Shown here piece by piece: positions 10,293-20,478 of a stretch of 64,000 nt of DNA. The DNA comes from Candidatus Marinacidobacterales bacterium (lineage in GTDB: Bacteria; Acidobacteriota; Vicinamibacteria; Marinacidobacterales; DATDRI01): the NCBI GenBank assembly GCA_965226495.1, contig OZ245365.1, positions 1,440,001 to 1,504,000 on the forward strand, written 5' to 3'. The stretch's first letter is position 1; each line of letters opens with the position of its first letter. The notes beneath the pieces were generated by a model that saw only the letters and a list, made by a program, of their open reading frames with translations, searched no databases and had not been told where the DNA came from. The position numbers and the translations under genes are program-made.

Positions 10293-10745
10293 ATGATGAG
10301 ATATCACAAACCCTACTCCATTTATGCAGCGGCCGTCCTCCTACTCCTGACCGGATCCGCGGCGAGCTACGCCCACGGCGGCAGCATCGAATCGAACGTC
10401 GAGGCCGTGACACGTTTTCTTCACTTGAGTCCGGGGCAGGTCGGAGTGTTCCAAAACCTGCTCCAGGAGCGGCAGATGGCCACGACACCGATACGTGAGG
10501 AAGTCGCCGTTCTCGAGAAACAGCTCGAGGGGCTCATCGCAACGGGCGAAAACCCGGCGGCCATTGGCTTGACTGTGCTCAATATTCACGAGCGCCGTCA
10601 GGTCATCGAAATGATACAAGCAGAGTTTCTGGTTAACTTCCAGGGGCACTTGACTGATACGCAGCGACACCGTCTCGCGAGGCTACGGCAGGCGGCTCGG
10701 CTTCAGCCCGTGTTGCCCGCCTTCGTCCATCTCGGCTTGCTTTGA
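10293..10745 (+). CDS. Secreted Spy/CpxP-like helical protein
   Basis: Signal peptide; LHLSPGQ and LTDTQRHRL motifs. Confidence 0.7.
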   Translation: MMRYHKPYSIYAAAVLLLLTGSAASYAHGGSIESNVEAVTRFLHLSPGQVGVFQNLLQERQMATTPIREEVAVLEKQLEGLIATGENPAAIGLTVLNIHERRQVIEMIQAEFLVNFQGHLTDTQRHRLARLRQAARLQPVLPAFVHLGLL

Positions 10746-10751
10746 TCAAAT

Positions 10752-10780
10752 CGGGGCCGGGTCCCCGAGACTCGGCCCCG
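10752..10780. terminator. GC-rich hairpin between convergent genes
   Basis: CGGGGCCGGGTC-cccga-GACTCGGCCCCG. Confidence 0.6.
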
Positions 10781-10795
10781 TTCAAGGATCGCTGG

Positions 10796-12313
10796 TCACT
10801 GCTCGAACAACTGCTCCACCGGGACAACGTCGACGGCTTTGACAGGTAGCTGGAAACGCTCGATCTTTTTGTCCTCCTCGAGCACCTCCGGGGACGTTCC
10901 CTCTGTTTGGTAGGTGATAGGGCTCACTCGATTCTCCTGGAGGGCAGCGGCGAGCTCATGGGCGTCTGAGCTCACGATGGCCACACGGATATCCCAGCGG
11001 TCGAGATGTTTCTTCACCGCCCGGTTCACATCCTCGACGGTCATGGACTTCAAGCGCGTCGCGATCTCGTCCATGTAGTACTCGGTTCCGTAGAACCGTG
11101 AATCGAGGTGGTATCCGAGCCGGCGATCCAGGCTTTGCACCCACAGTTTGGAGTAGTTGAGCAGATAGTTCCGGGTCGCCAGAAAATCTTCTTCGCTCAT
11201 TCCGTTCTCGACGAACTTCCGGAGCTCCCAGATCGCCGCGCGCAGCGCAAAGTGCGCGTTGGTCGGAACAACCGGACGGAGCCAGATACTGAAAGACTGC
11301 TGATGCCGAACGATGTTTGGTAGCGGGAAGGTGCTCGAGCCGTCCTGAATGAATTTTTCGATGTAGGAATAGTCCCCGTAGTTCAGGCCCCGTTCGGCGC
11401 GGAGTTTGTTCATGAGCACACCGTGGAAAGAGCGATGGTCACCGAGGTACGTGTTCGCGACTAGTAGGGCATAGAAATCAGCGTCGGAGCGCGTGACGCC
11501 ATACGCGAAGCCCAGGCTGATCGCGGTAGAGTCGGCTGCTTTTTTTGCGATCCGAATTTCGAGGCCTTCCCCGCGTGACGGTTGAGAGATCTCGGTCCCC
11601 GCAACCGATCCCGTTGAAAGGCCTTTTCGGAAATCTTCGCGGACTCGTTCCTCGAATCCAGTGGGGAGATCTCCGGCAAGTCCGATACGCAATGCCGAAA
11701 AGTTATAGTGCGTGCGGTAAAACGCCTTCACGTCCTCGAGTGTGATGCTCCGAAGGCCGGCGGCCGTCCCCTGCGTCGGGTGACCAAACGGATGTTCCGC
11801 ATAAATCATGTCCTCGAGCATGGTCTTACCCAGTTGCTCGTCGTCGCTTCCGCGTAGGGTCTTGGTCACGTACGACAACAGTTGGTCGCGGTTTCTTTCG
11901 AAATCCGCGGGCTCGAATCGGGGGTGGAGCAACAGATCGCGATAGACGGTGTAGAAATCTTCCATGAAATCGCGGTGCACTCTACCCACCAGGGTGGTGA
12001 CCTCTTTGTCCGCTTCCGCCGAGACGAGCCCCGCCATCGGGTAGAGCTTCTGATTCACCTCGAAGAGCGAGAGCGTTTCGGTTCCGCCGCTAGAGAGCAT
12101 CATCGCGGTGAGAGTGTTGAGCCCTTCCTTCCCGGCAGGATCGTTGGACGAACCGGTGTGGAACATGAGTCGAAAGCTGACGAGTGGATTCCCCGGGCTT
12201 GAGACGATAACCGACGGGTGTTCGGCTGGTAGAAACGCAGAAGCAAGGGAAGAACCCGCTACGAGTAGGAGTAGGGCACATCCAATCGTCGATTGCAGGG
12301 CTGGTGCGGACAT
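10796..12313 (-). CDS. M16 peptidase, non-catalytic subunit
   Basis: M16 fold motifs (GSSNDPAGKEG, HPFG, LRAERGLNYG) but no HxxEH; signal peptide. Confidence 0.88.
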   Translation of the reverse strand: MSAPALQSTIGCALLLLVAGSSLASAFLPAEHPSVIVSSPGNPLVSFRLMFHTGSSNDPAGKEGLNTLTAMMLSSGGTETLSLFEVNQKLYPMAGLVSAEADKEVTTLVGRVHRDFMEDFYTVYRDLLLHPRFEPADFERNRDQLLSYVTKTLRGSDDEQLGKTMLEDMIYAEHPFGHPTQGTAAGLRSITLEDVKAFYRTHYNFSALRIGLAGDLPTGFEERVREDFRKGLSTGSVAGTEISQPSRGEGLEIRIAKKAADSTAISLGFAYGVTRSDADFYALLVANTYLGDHRSFHGVLMNKLRAERGLNYGDYSYIEKFIQDGSSTFPLPNIVRHQQSFSIWLRPVVPTNAHFALRAAIWELRKFVENGMSEEDFLATRNYLLNYSKLWVQSLDRRLGYHLDSRFYGTEYYMDEIATRLKSMTVEDVNRAVKKHLDRWDIRVAIVSSDAHELAAALQENRVSPITYQTEGTSPEVLEEDKKIERFQLPVKAVDVVPVEQLFEQ

Positions 12314-12318
12314 CGCTT

Positions 12319-13674
12319 CTACTCCTCTCCTTTGACGTCCGCCGACTGAGTGAGCGTCACAATCGTTCGCGTTTCGGGCCTAAAGTACTTACGCGCAACT
12401 TCGATCATGGCGTCGGGTGTGACTGCCTCGTAGAGCTCATAGACGCGGTTCACAGTCTGCGGATTACTGGTAAGCGCAATGTAGTGCGACAAGGTACTCC
12501 CCACCGCGTTGGCGGTGTTCATGTTCATCAAGAATTGGTACTTCATGTGGCTCTTCGTTGACAAGAGACTCTCGGCGTCGAAACGCTCGGTGCTAAGGCG
12601 CGCGACCTGATCCAAAATGGCGGTGCGAACCTCGGGCAGCTTGTCGGGGCGGCGCACGCGGGTCAGGATTGTGTAAAGAGTCGGATCCGCCTGGTCGAAC
12701 GCTCCGGCACCGATGAAATCGACCCACTGCTCTTCGAGTACAAGCTTCCTATAAAGTGGAGACGTGCTACCGAAAGCGAGCTGAGACAACACGTCCAGTG
12801 TTGGGATCTCGGCGTTGTCGGTATTGAAGGCGGGCGCCTGGTAGCTAATCATGAGCCAGGGGAGGGTCGGTGCCGGCCACTCCACTTTCGATTCTTGCGA
12901 TTCCGCTTGAGGGGGCTCGGCCGGTATCTTCGCGTTGTAGGTGCCACGCTTCCAGTTGCCATAGTGCTTCTCGACCAGGTTGCTAAGTTCTTCCCAGTTG
13001 AAGTCACCGACGACGAGAATCGTCGTGTACTCGGGCCGGTAGAAACGGTCGAAGAACTCTAGGCTGTATTCGTACATCGTAGGCATGGCCTTGATGTCTT
13101 CCACGAACCCGATGACCAAATGACGGTAAGGGTGGACCTGAAACGCCTTCTGGTAGAGCTCGACCTGCAGACCTTGGACGGGGCTCGCGGCATTCTTGTT
13201 GTACTCGCCGAGTACGGCACCCGCTTCTTTCTTGAACTGCTCTTCACTGTAGCGGAGGTTTTGAAAGCGGTCGGCCTCGAGTTCGACGATCTTCGGTAGA
13301 GAATCCGAGCTCGCCAGGATGTGATAGCGCGTGTAATCGAAGCTGGTGTTGGCGTTGTGGTCGGCGCCCACCGCGGTGAGTGCCGCATTGTATTCGTCCT
13401 CGCTGTAGGTATCTGTTCCTCGGAACATCATGTGTTCGAAGAAGTGAGCGAAGCCGCTCCTGCCGGGTTCCACTTCGTGTCTCGAGCCCACGCGCACAAT
13501 GGAGTAGTAGGAGACTAGCCCCGGGCTATCGAAGTGCACGCCGACCAGTCGGAGGCCGTTTGGGAACTCCTTCTGATCGATTGCGTATGGGAACACTGCT
13601 GGATTTTTCTGAGGTGGGGTTGCCCCGGCTCCGAGGCCAGCCAGACTCATTGCTAACAAAAACTTCCTCCACAT
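12319..13674 (-). CDS. M16 zinc peptidase, catalytic subunit
   Basis: GFAHFFEHMMFRGT, NANTSFDYT and FYRP motifs; signal peptide. Confidence 0.92.
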   Translation of the reverse strand: MWRKFLLAMSLAGLGAGATPPQKNPAVFPYAIDQKEFPNGLRLVGVHFDSPGLVSYYSIVRVGSRHEVEPGRSGFAHFFEHMMFRGTDTYSEDEYNAALTAVGADHNANTSFDYTRYHILASSDSLPKIVELEADRFQNLRYSEEQFKKEAGAVLGEYNKNAASPVQGLQVELYQKAFQVHPYRHLVIGFVEDIKAMPTMYEYSLEFFDRFYRPEYTTILVVGDFNWEELSNLVEKHYGNWKRGTYNAKIPAEPPQAESQESKVEWPAPTLPWLMISYQAPAFNTDNAEIPTLDVLSQLAFGSTSPLYRKLVLEEQWVDFIGAGAFDQADPTLYTILTRVRRPDKLPEVRTAILDQVARLSTERFDAESLLSTKSHMKYQFLMNMNTANAVGSTLSHYIALTSNPQTVNRVYELYEAVTPDAMIEVARKYFRPETRTIVTLTQSADVKGEE

Positions 13675-13802
13675 GGTTTACCTCTCAATGTTTCATAGTG
13701 GATTTGCTCCCATTTTACCGCTTTCGCTGGGGTTATCGTACCGCTAAGGAGCCGCATCATCTGTTATGATGCCAGGTTCAGAAGCCAGCGTGAGGTGAAA
13801 AA

Positions 13803-16049
13803 GTGATTGGAAAGCAAGAGGCCCTCGATTATCACTCCGGCGGGCGCAAGGGTAAGATCGAGGTCAGTCCTACCAAGCCGTGCCGGACGCAGAGAGATCT
13901 GTCCTTGGCATACACACCGGGCGTCGCAGAGCCTTGTCTCGAGATCAAGGCGAACCCGGAAGACGTCTTCAAATACACCGCCCGAGGCAACTTGGTGGCG
14001 GTCATCACCAACGGTACGGCGGTCCTGGGACTCGGAAACATCGGTCCCATGGCGGCCAAACCGGTGATGGAAGGTAAAGGCGTTCTATTCAAGCGCTTCG
14101 CGGACATCGACGTGTTCGACATCGAGTTAGCAACGGAGGATCCCGACGAAATCGTCAAGGTCGTCAAGCTACTCGAGCCGACCTTCGGAGGCATCAACCT
14201 CGAGGACATCAAGGCACCCGATTGTTTCTATGTCGAAGAAGAGCTCAAGAAGACGATGAACATACCGGTCTTTCACGATGACCAACACGGCACCGCTATC
14301 ATTTCTGGTGCCGCTCTCCTCAACGCCTTGGAGCTAACCGGTAAGCGCATCTCGGAGTTGAAGGCGGTCTTCAACGGTGCCGGCGCGGCGGGGATCGCCT
14401 GCGCTCAACTGATGATGGGATTGGGAGTCAAGGCAGAGAACACGATCATGTGCGACTCCAAAGGCGTCATCTACAAAGGGCGGACGGAGGGAATGAATCC
14501 CTACAAGGCGCGCTTTGCGTTGGACACAAAGAAGCGGACGTTGGCGGAGGCGATGGACGGTGCGGATCTATTCGTGGGCGTGTCGGTCAAGGATGCGGTC
14601 ACCAAGGAGATGGTCGCATCGATGAATGACAAGCCCATCATCATGGCGATGGCAAACCCTGATCCCGAGATTACATACGAGGACGCAACCTCGGTTCGCA
14701 CCGACCTGATCATGGCCACCGGCCGCACCGACTATCCCAACCAAGTGAACAACGTTCTGGGCTTTCCGTTTATCTTCCGAGGGGCGCTCGATGTAAGGGC
14801 GAAGGCAGTCAACGAGGAAATGAAGGCGGCTGCGGTGCGCGCACTGGCGGATCTGGCAAAGGAGGACGTGCCGGACTCCGTCATGCGAGCGTACGGCGTC
14901 GACAAGATGCGTTTCGGCCCCGACTACATTATTCCCAAGCCGTTCGATCCCCGCGTTCTCACCTGGGTAGCACCGGCGGTGGCTCGAGCCGCGATGGAGA
15001 CCGGGGTGGCTCGAGTTCAGATCGACATCGATGAGTACCGCGACCGACTGGAGGCCAAGCTCGGGCGGGGCCGGGAAGTGATGCGAACCATCATCTCGCG
15101 GGCGAAGAAAGAGGCGAAGCGCATCGTTTTTCCCGAAGGTGAAGAGGACAAGATTCTGCGCGCCGCTCATGTTCTCATCGACGAGCACGTCGCGCAGCCG
15201 ATCCTATTGGGGCGCCCGGATGTCGTACGAGGGAAAATGAAAGAGCTGGGTCTCGAGTTCCACGGTGCCTCGGTCATTCTGCCCCGGAGCTCGCCCGAGT
15301 TCGATCGTTATGTGGAAGAGCTCTACAAGCTACGCAACCGCCGAGGCGTCACGCGCAGCGAGGCTCAGGAGCTCATGAACAATCACAACGTTTTCGGGTC
15401 GATGATGGTGAACGTCGGCGACGCCGACGCGATGGTCGCCGGCCTCACCCAACACTATCCGGATACGATTCGACCGGCGCTTCAAGTCATTCGCATCAAG
15501 AGCGGTGTCAAGAAAGTGGCTGGCGTTTACATGATGATTTTCAAAGACGACGTCAAGTTTTTCGCAGACACCACGGTCAACATCGAGCCCACCGCCGAAG
15601 ACCTAGCGGAGATCGCGATCGGCACCGCAGAAGTTGCTCGGCGCTTCGGCATCGATCCCCGTGTCGCGATGTTGTCATTCTCGAACTTCGGAAGTACCCG
15701 CCATCCGTTGTCCGACAAGGTTCGCCTTGCCACCGAGCTCGTGCGCCAGCGAGCCCCGGAGCTCGAGGTCGACGGTGAGATGCAGGCCGACACCGCCGTG
15801 GTGCCTGAGATTTTGACCGAGACCTACCCTTTCAGCACTCTAAGCTCGGAAGCGAACGTCCTCATTTTTCCCAGCCTGGAGGCGGGCAATGCCGCCTACA
15901 AGCTCATGCAGCGGTTGGGTGAGGCGGAAGCGATCGGGCCTATCCTCATGGGCTTGCGCAAGCCGGTGCATGTGTTGCAGCGGGGGGCGGAAGTGGATGA
16001 GATAGTGAATATGGCGGCGATCGCCGTGGTAGAGGCTCAGGAAGTCTAA
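13803..16049 (+). CDS. maeB: NADP-dependent malic enzyme with PTA-like domain
   Basis: [23 protein letters not shown] and GAGAAG, plus a C-terminal PTA-like domain (DGEMQAD). Confidence 0.96.
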   Translation: MIGKQEALDYHSGGRKGKIEVSPTKPCRTQRDLSLAYTPGVAEPCLEIKANPEDVFKYTARGNLVAVITNGTAVLGLGNIGPMAAKPVMEGKGVLFKRFADIDVFDIELATEDPDEIVKVVKLLEPTFGGINLEDIKAPDCFYVEEELKKTMNIPVFHDDQHGTAIISGAALLNALELTGKRISELKAVFNGAGAAGIACAQLMMGLGVKAENTIMCDSKGVIYKGRTEGMNPYKARFALDTKKRTLAEAMDGADLFVGVSVKDAVTKEMVASMNDKPIIMAMANPDPEITYEDATSVRTDLIMATGRTDYPNQVNNVLGFPFIFRGALDVRAKAVNEEMKAAAVRALADLAKEDVPDSVMRAYGVDKMRFGPDYIIPKPFDPRVLTWVAPAVARAAMETGVARVQIDIDEYRDRLEAKLGRGREVMRTIISRAKKEAKRIVFPEGEEDKILRAAHVLIDEHVAQPILLGRPDVVRGKMKELGLEFHGASVILPRSSPEFDRYVEELYKLRNRRGVTRSEAQELMNNHNVFGSMMVNVGDADAMVAGLTQHYPDTIRPALQVIRIKSGVKKVAGVYMMIFKDDVKFFADTTVNIEPTAEDLAEIAIGTAEVARRFGIDPRVAMLSFSNFGSTRHPLSDKVRLATELVRQRAPELEVDGEMQADTAVVPEILTETYPFSTLSSEANVLIFPSLEAGNAAYKLMQRLGEAEAIGPILMGLRKPVHVLQRGAEVDEIVNMAAIAVVEAQEV

Positions 16050-16061
16050 TACGGGCTCTTG

Positions 16062-16160
16062 TTCCTTTATTCCTCTCCCCCTTTTGGGGGAGAGGGCGGC
16101 GTCAAGGGATGTCGTGTCGTTATCCATCGTTATCCATGAAATCGGACGCCGGGTGAGGGG
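16062..16160. repeat. REP/MITE-like palindromic element, copy A
   Basis: TTCCTTTATTCCTCTCCCCCTTTTGGGGGAGAGGGCGGCGTCAAG...GACGCCGGGTGAGGGG; related copies at 30186 and 30491. Confidence 0.75.
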
Positions 16161-16217
16161 GAGTATGCTAGCGAAGCTGACGCCGGTCGGCGAAACACCC
16201 CGTGCTGTGAAACGGCT

Positions 16218-16721
16218 CTAGCTGGCGGATGGAACGCGAAAGGTTACGCGGAAGACGAGTTGATGGGTTCCAAGGCGGAACTCGGAATTGTCTTCTAGTT
16301 GTGCTTCCTTGACGCGCGCCCCTTGGACGTATGTCCCGTTAGTGCTTCCCATGTCCCTGAGCGTCGCGCTATCTCCGTGAACCTCGATGCTCACGTGCTG
16401 GCGTGAGATTTCTGGATCGTCCAGGTTTAAATCACATCCGCGACGCCCGATGATGATCTCTGATTTTTCGATCGGGAAGATCTGACCCGGCTCGTTGCCA
16501 TCCAAGACCTCGAGCGAGTACGTCTTGTCATCTGAGAGGGAGATGGCAGAAGGGCTACTACTCACGTCGTGGGCCGCCGCTTTTTCATCCGCGTCTGACA
16601 TTGCCATGAATGCTACGTCGAGGGACCCTTGGCAGTGAGGACAAAGTGCCCGTGCTGCTGCAAGCTGCCGGACGATGTCCTCGTGGAGCTCGGTTTCGCA
16701 GTGGGGACACGGCACGCCCAT
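16218..16721 (-). CDS. FHA-domain protein with N-terminal zinc ribbon
   Basis: CPHC...CPHC; FHA motifs IIGR, ISRQH and DMGSTNGT. Confidence 0.9.
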   Translation of the reverse strand: MGVPCPHCETELHEDIVRQLAAARALCPHCQGSLDVAFMAMSDADEKAAAHDVSSSPSAISLSDDKTYSLEVLDGNEPGQIFPIEKSEIIIGRRGCDLNLDDPEISRQHVSIEVHGDSATLRDMGSTNGTYVQGARVKEAQLEDNSEFRLGTHQLVFRVTFRVPSAS

Positions 16722-16823
16722 TGCGACTTTACCTCCTGCTAAAGACCCGGGATACTAAAAATGGTGACAGTTTCGCGAGGCGCTGTCAAGGCTCCGGTGA
16801 CCTCACCGCGGTGCGCCCCGCAC

Positions 16824-17549
16824 TTACTCGTTCGACGCCGCCAGGGGTTCTCCGGACGGAGGGTTGGACGGTTGGCTTCCCCTCAGCCGGTGATACACGG
16901 GAGCTAGGCGGTGGGGCGAAACACCCAAAAAGAATGCGGTCACCGCGACCCAGTTCGCGAGCGTGGTGGCGAGCGGTCCCAACCTCTCCCAGTGGCGGGG
17001 GGTGGTCGTCACTGGGACCTTGAGTGTGACCATCCGGCCCCTCGCCCGAAGCCGCTTCGCGAGGTCGACGTCCTCCATAATGGGGATATCACGATAGCCC
17101 CCGATTCGTTCGAACTCTGAGCGACGGACGAAGAGGGCCTGGTCTCCGTACGGGAAACCCAGGAAGCGAGCTCGAAGATTCGAGCCCAGCGACACCAGAC
17201 CCAACCCTGGGCTCGTCGGCTCGACCCGGAGAGTAAACGAGCCTCCCACAATATCCTTGTCGTCGAGAGCTTCCCGGATGGCCTCGTTCGCGCCCGGGCC
17301 AAGCTCGCAGTCCGCATGGAGAAACAGGAGTGTGTCGCCGCCGGCCGTCTTGGCGCCAAGATTCATCTGGGCTCCTCGCCCGATCGCGCCTTCGACCACA
17401 CGGGCACCCCGCTGTGCGGCGATCTCCCGCGTGCGATCCTCGCTTTGACCATCCGCGACGACGATCTCCGCTCCTGGGGGAATCGACGCGAGCGCGCGCG
17501 CAAGACAGCGCTCCTCGTTCAAGGTTGGAACAACCACTGAGAGCTTCAT
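16824..17549 (-). CDS. GT2 glycosyltransferase (TIGR04283-like)
   Basis: SVVVPTLNEE, ADGQSED, QMNLGA, FLHAD, PYGDQ and IMEDV motifs. Confidence 0.88.
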   Translation of the reverse strand: MKLSVVVPTLNEERCLARALASIPPGAEIVVADGQSEDRTREIAAQRGARVVEGAIGRGAQMNLGAKTAGGDTLLFLHADCELGPGANEAIREALDDKDIVGGSFTLRVEPTSPGLGLVSLGSNLRARFLGFPYGDQALFVRRSEFERIGGYRDIPIMEDVDLAKRLRARGRMVTLKVPVTTTPRHWERLGPLATTLANWVAVTAFFLGVSPHRLAPVYHRLRGSQPSNPPSGEPLAASNE

Positions 17550-17618
17550 GGGGCTCCCGCCATCTTAGCATCAGGATGAGGCTTATCCATGTTAAGATCT
17601 TCATTCCGGACCTCAAAA

Positions 17619-18618
17619 ATGGCGCATACCATTACACTCATTCCCGGTGACGGGATCGGCCCCGAGATCATGGATGCGACGGTGCGCGTGCTCGATGCCA
17701 CCGGCGTGCGGTTCGAGTGGGAAAGGCACGAGGCAGGTATTCGATCTTTCGAAAAAACTGGAAACCCCCTATCTGAAGAGCTCTTGGAATCGATTCGGCG
17801 CAACGGGTTGGCCCTGAAGGGCCCACTCACCACGCTAGTCGGGGAAGGTTACCCAAGCGCCAACGTGGCTCTCAGAAAACAACTCGATCTCTACGCGAAC
17901 CTGCGGCCCGTTAAGAGCGTGCCAGGAGTGAAAAGCCGCTACGAGAATGTAAACCTGGTCATCGTCAGGGAGAACACCGAAGACCTCTACTCCGGCATCG
18001 AGCACATGATCATGCCCGGTGTGACCCAGGGGTTGAAGGTGATCACATCTTTCGCATCCACGCGCATTGCGCAATTCGCCTTCGAGTACGCGCCGCCGAC
18101 AACGACATTTGGTCACCGCCGTCCACAAAGCCAACATCATGAAGCTCACCGACGGGCTCTTCTTGGAAAGCGCGCGGGGAGTAGCCAAGGGGTTTGCGGA
18201 AGTCGACTTCGACGACAAGATCGTCGACAACCTTTGCATGCAGTTGGTGTTGGATCCCGATCAATTCGATATCCTCCTGCTGTCCAACCTCTATGGGGAC
18301 ATCGTTTCGGATTTGGCCGCCGGCCTAGTGGGTGGGCTGGGCCTGGTCCCCGCTGCCAATATCGGGGAGACTCACGCGGTCTTCGAGGCGGTCCATGGCA
18401 GCGCGCCGGACATTGCCGGGAAGGGAGTTGCCAACCCGACAGCTCTGATCTTTTCCGGAGTGCTGATGCTGAGGCACCTCGGCGAGAACGACGCCGCAGA
18501 TCGAGTCCTGGCCGCTTGTTTTCGTGTACTCGAGAAAGGGGACGTGCGGACGCCCGATCTGGGGGGGAGCTCGTCGACGAGCGAGTACGCCGATGCGGTG
18601 TCGGGGGAACTGAGCTAG
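17619..18618 (+). pseudogene. Isocitrate/isopropylmalate dehydrogenase family (NAD-IDH-like), frameshifted near 18093
   Basis: The first frame gives IPGDGIGPE...RENTEDLYSG...FAFEYA. The second frame continues VTAVHKANIMK...NLYGDIVSD...EAVHGSAPDIAG. May be a sequencing error. Confidence 0.85.
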
Positions 18619-18677
18619 GCGGCCTATATATAGAGGATAGTGGGAGGTGGTTGGGGAATTTCCCCCACTTTTTGTTG

Positions 18678-18706
18678 TTGCCCGCCCCGAAGCCTCTGAA
18701 TATAAT
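18678..18706 (+). promoter_or_regulatory. Sigma70 promoter of the nuo operon
   Basis: TTGCCC-N17-TATAAT. Confidence 0.7.
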
Positions 18707-18847
18707 AGCCGCGCCTGTGCGGTCGGCGAGGTCGGCCGCAAGTTTTTTATATCGTGGTCCTTGTGCCCCTTGAGTCGCATGCTTGAGTTGCGGCTTCAAG
18801 AAACGATTGAAATAATGGTTGTTTGAAGACTTTTGTGAGGTAAACCG

Positions 18848-19270
18848 ATGGTGATGGTCGACTTCCTCGCCGTACTGTTTTTCTTGGTGGCCGCCATACT
18901 CTTCGTCGGTGTGACCCTCACTGTTGCGTCTCTGGTCCGGCCGAGCAAGTTCACGGCTGAGAAATACATCCCCTATGAATGTGGTGAGAATCCGGTGGGC
19001 TCACCTTGGGTCCAGTTCAACATCCGGTTCTACGTCTTCGCCTTGGTTTTCATCATTTTCGATGTAGAAGCGGTGTTCTTGTTCCCTTGGGCAGTCGTCT
19101 ACCAAGATTTGGGCCTCTTCGCTTTCGTCGAGGGCGTCATCTTTATTGGGATTCTCGCCCTAGGCCTCGCCTACCTTTGGGTCAAGGGAGACCTGGAGTG
19201 GGTTCGTACCGAGGACCGCGCTCCCCATCACCAAACGACGAGCATTTCCGAGGCCGATAAAGCGGCGTAG
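18848..19270 (+). CDS. nuoA: NADH-quinone oxidoreductase subunit A
   Basis: PYECG, FIIFDVEAVFLFPWA and KGDLEW. Confidence 0.95.
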   Translation: MVMVDFLAVLFFLVAAILFVGVTLTVASLVRPSKFTAEKYIPYECGENPVGSPWVQFNIRFYVFALVFIIFDVEAVFLFPWAVVYQDLGLFAFVEGVIFIGILALGLAYLWVKGDLEWVRTEDRAPHHQTTSISEADKAA

Positions 19271-19282
19271 AGAGAACCCATC

Positions 19283-19822
19283 ATGGACCTTATCAAGACC
19301 ATAGGTGCGAGTCGCATCGCCCTGACAACGGTGGATCAAGTGGTCAACTGGGCTCGGCTCTCCGCCCTATGGCCGATGACTTTCGGTCTCGCGTGCTGCG
19401 CCATCGAGATGATGGCTGCCGGTGCCAGTCGTTTCGATTGGGACCGATTGGGCATGATTCCCCGGGCAACACCGCGTCAATCCGATTTGATGATTGTGGC
19501 CGGGACCGTCACCCATAAGATGGCGATCCGAATCAAGAGACTCTACGAGCAAATGGCCGAGCCGAAGTACGTGATCTCCATGGGGAGCTGCTCCAACAAC
19601 GGGGGACCGTACTGGCAGTACGGATATCACGTGGTCAAGGGTGTTGACCTCGTCATCCCGGTCGATATCTACGTCCCCGGTTGCCCGCCACGGCCCGAAG
19701 CGCTCTTGTACGGTGTGATGAAGCTTCAAGATGTCATTCGAGAGCGTTCGCTCATGGACGATCCCCGCGAAGGAAGACAAGGAACGCATGACGAGCCGGT
19801 CGAGGCGGCGACAAAAGCATGA
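19283..19822 (+). CDS. nuoB: NADH-quinone oxidoreductase subunit B
   Basis: [15 protein letters not shown] and [10 protein letters not shown]. Confidence 0.96.
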   Translation: MDLIKTIGASRIALTTVDQVVNWARLSALWPMTFGLACCAIEMMAAGASRFDWDRLGMIPRATPRQSDLMIVAGTVTHKMAIRIKRLYEQMAEPKYVISMGSCSNNGGPYWQYGYHVVKGVDLVIPVDIYVPGCPPRPEALLYGVMKLQDVIRERSLMDDPREGRQGTHDEPVEAATKA

Positions 19823-20358
19823 CGGCTTCCGACATCCAGCAAAGACTCGAGCAGAAGTTTCCCGGAAAGATCAAACGATCCGAGCTCGAGGTCGTCGATC
19901 CCTTCATTGTCGTGGAGGGCACCGCCATCGCCGAAATTTGTGGGTGGCTTCGCCACGATCCGGGGATGGCCTTCGATACGCTTCACTGCCTTTCGGGCGC
20001 CGACTACCCCAAGGAAGAGAAGATGGAGGTGGTCTATCACCTCTTCTCCCTGAAGCATCGACACTGGATCGTTCTCAAGATAGAGGTTCCTCGCGAAGGA
20101 GCCAAGGTGCCGACGGTCGAGAACGTGTGGAAGACGGCCAACTGGCACGAGCGTGAGGCATACGACCTCTACGGTGTCTGGTTCGACGGCCACAGCGACC
20201 CTCGCCGCATTTTGCTGCCCGATGACTGGGAAGGACACCCCCTCAAGAAGGATTGGGAGTGGCCGGAAGAGTGGCACGGCATTCCCGTCAAACCCGGGAA
20301 GCAAATGGTCCAAAGAGTTAAGGAGGGCGAGAAACTCGGAGTGGGTCCCTTTGATTAA
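19819..20358 (+). CDS. nuoC: NADH-quinone oxidoreductase subunit C
   Basis: [13 protein letters not shown] and GHPLKKD. Confidence 0.95.
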   Translation: MTASDIQQRLEQKFPGKIKRSELEVVDPFIVVEGTAIAEICGWLRHDPGMAFDTLHCLSGADYPKEEKMEVVYHLFSLKHRHWIVLKIEVPREGAKVPTVENVWKTANWHEREAYDLYGVWFDGHSDPRRILLPDDWEGHPLKKDWEWPEEWHGIPVKPGKQMVQRVKEGEKLGVGPFD

Positions 20359-20478
20359 GCCGAGTCACGGCCCGACCGGCCGGAGAGCCTTAAGCCCGCG
20401 CGAAGTCGCTTGCCGACGAAGCGCGACGGCTTGGGGGTGGGGCCCCAGGCCACTGAACAAAGAGATGGACTAGCAATC

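Noticed and set aside
10796-13674. M16 pair with one subunit lacking HxxEH
   Set aside because: Catalytic plus non-catalytic M16B heterodimers are well known.
16119-16138. Tandem GTTATCCAT resembling DnaA boxes
   Set aside because: It mismatches TTATCCACA, lies inside a repeat element, and has no oriC context.
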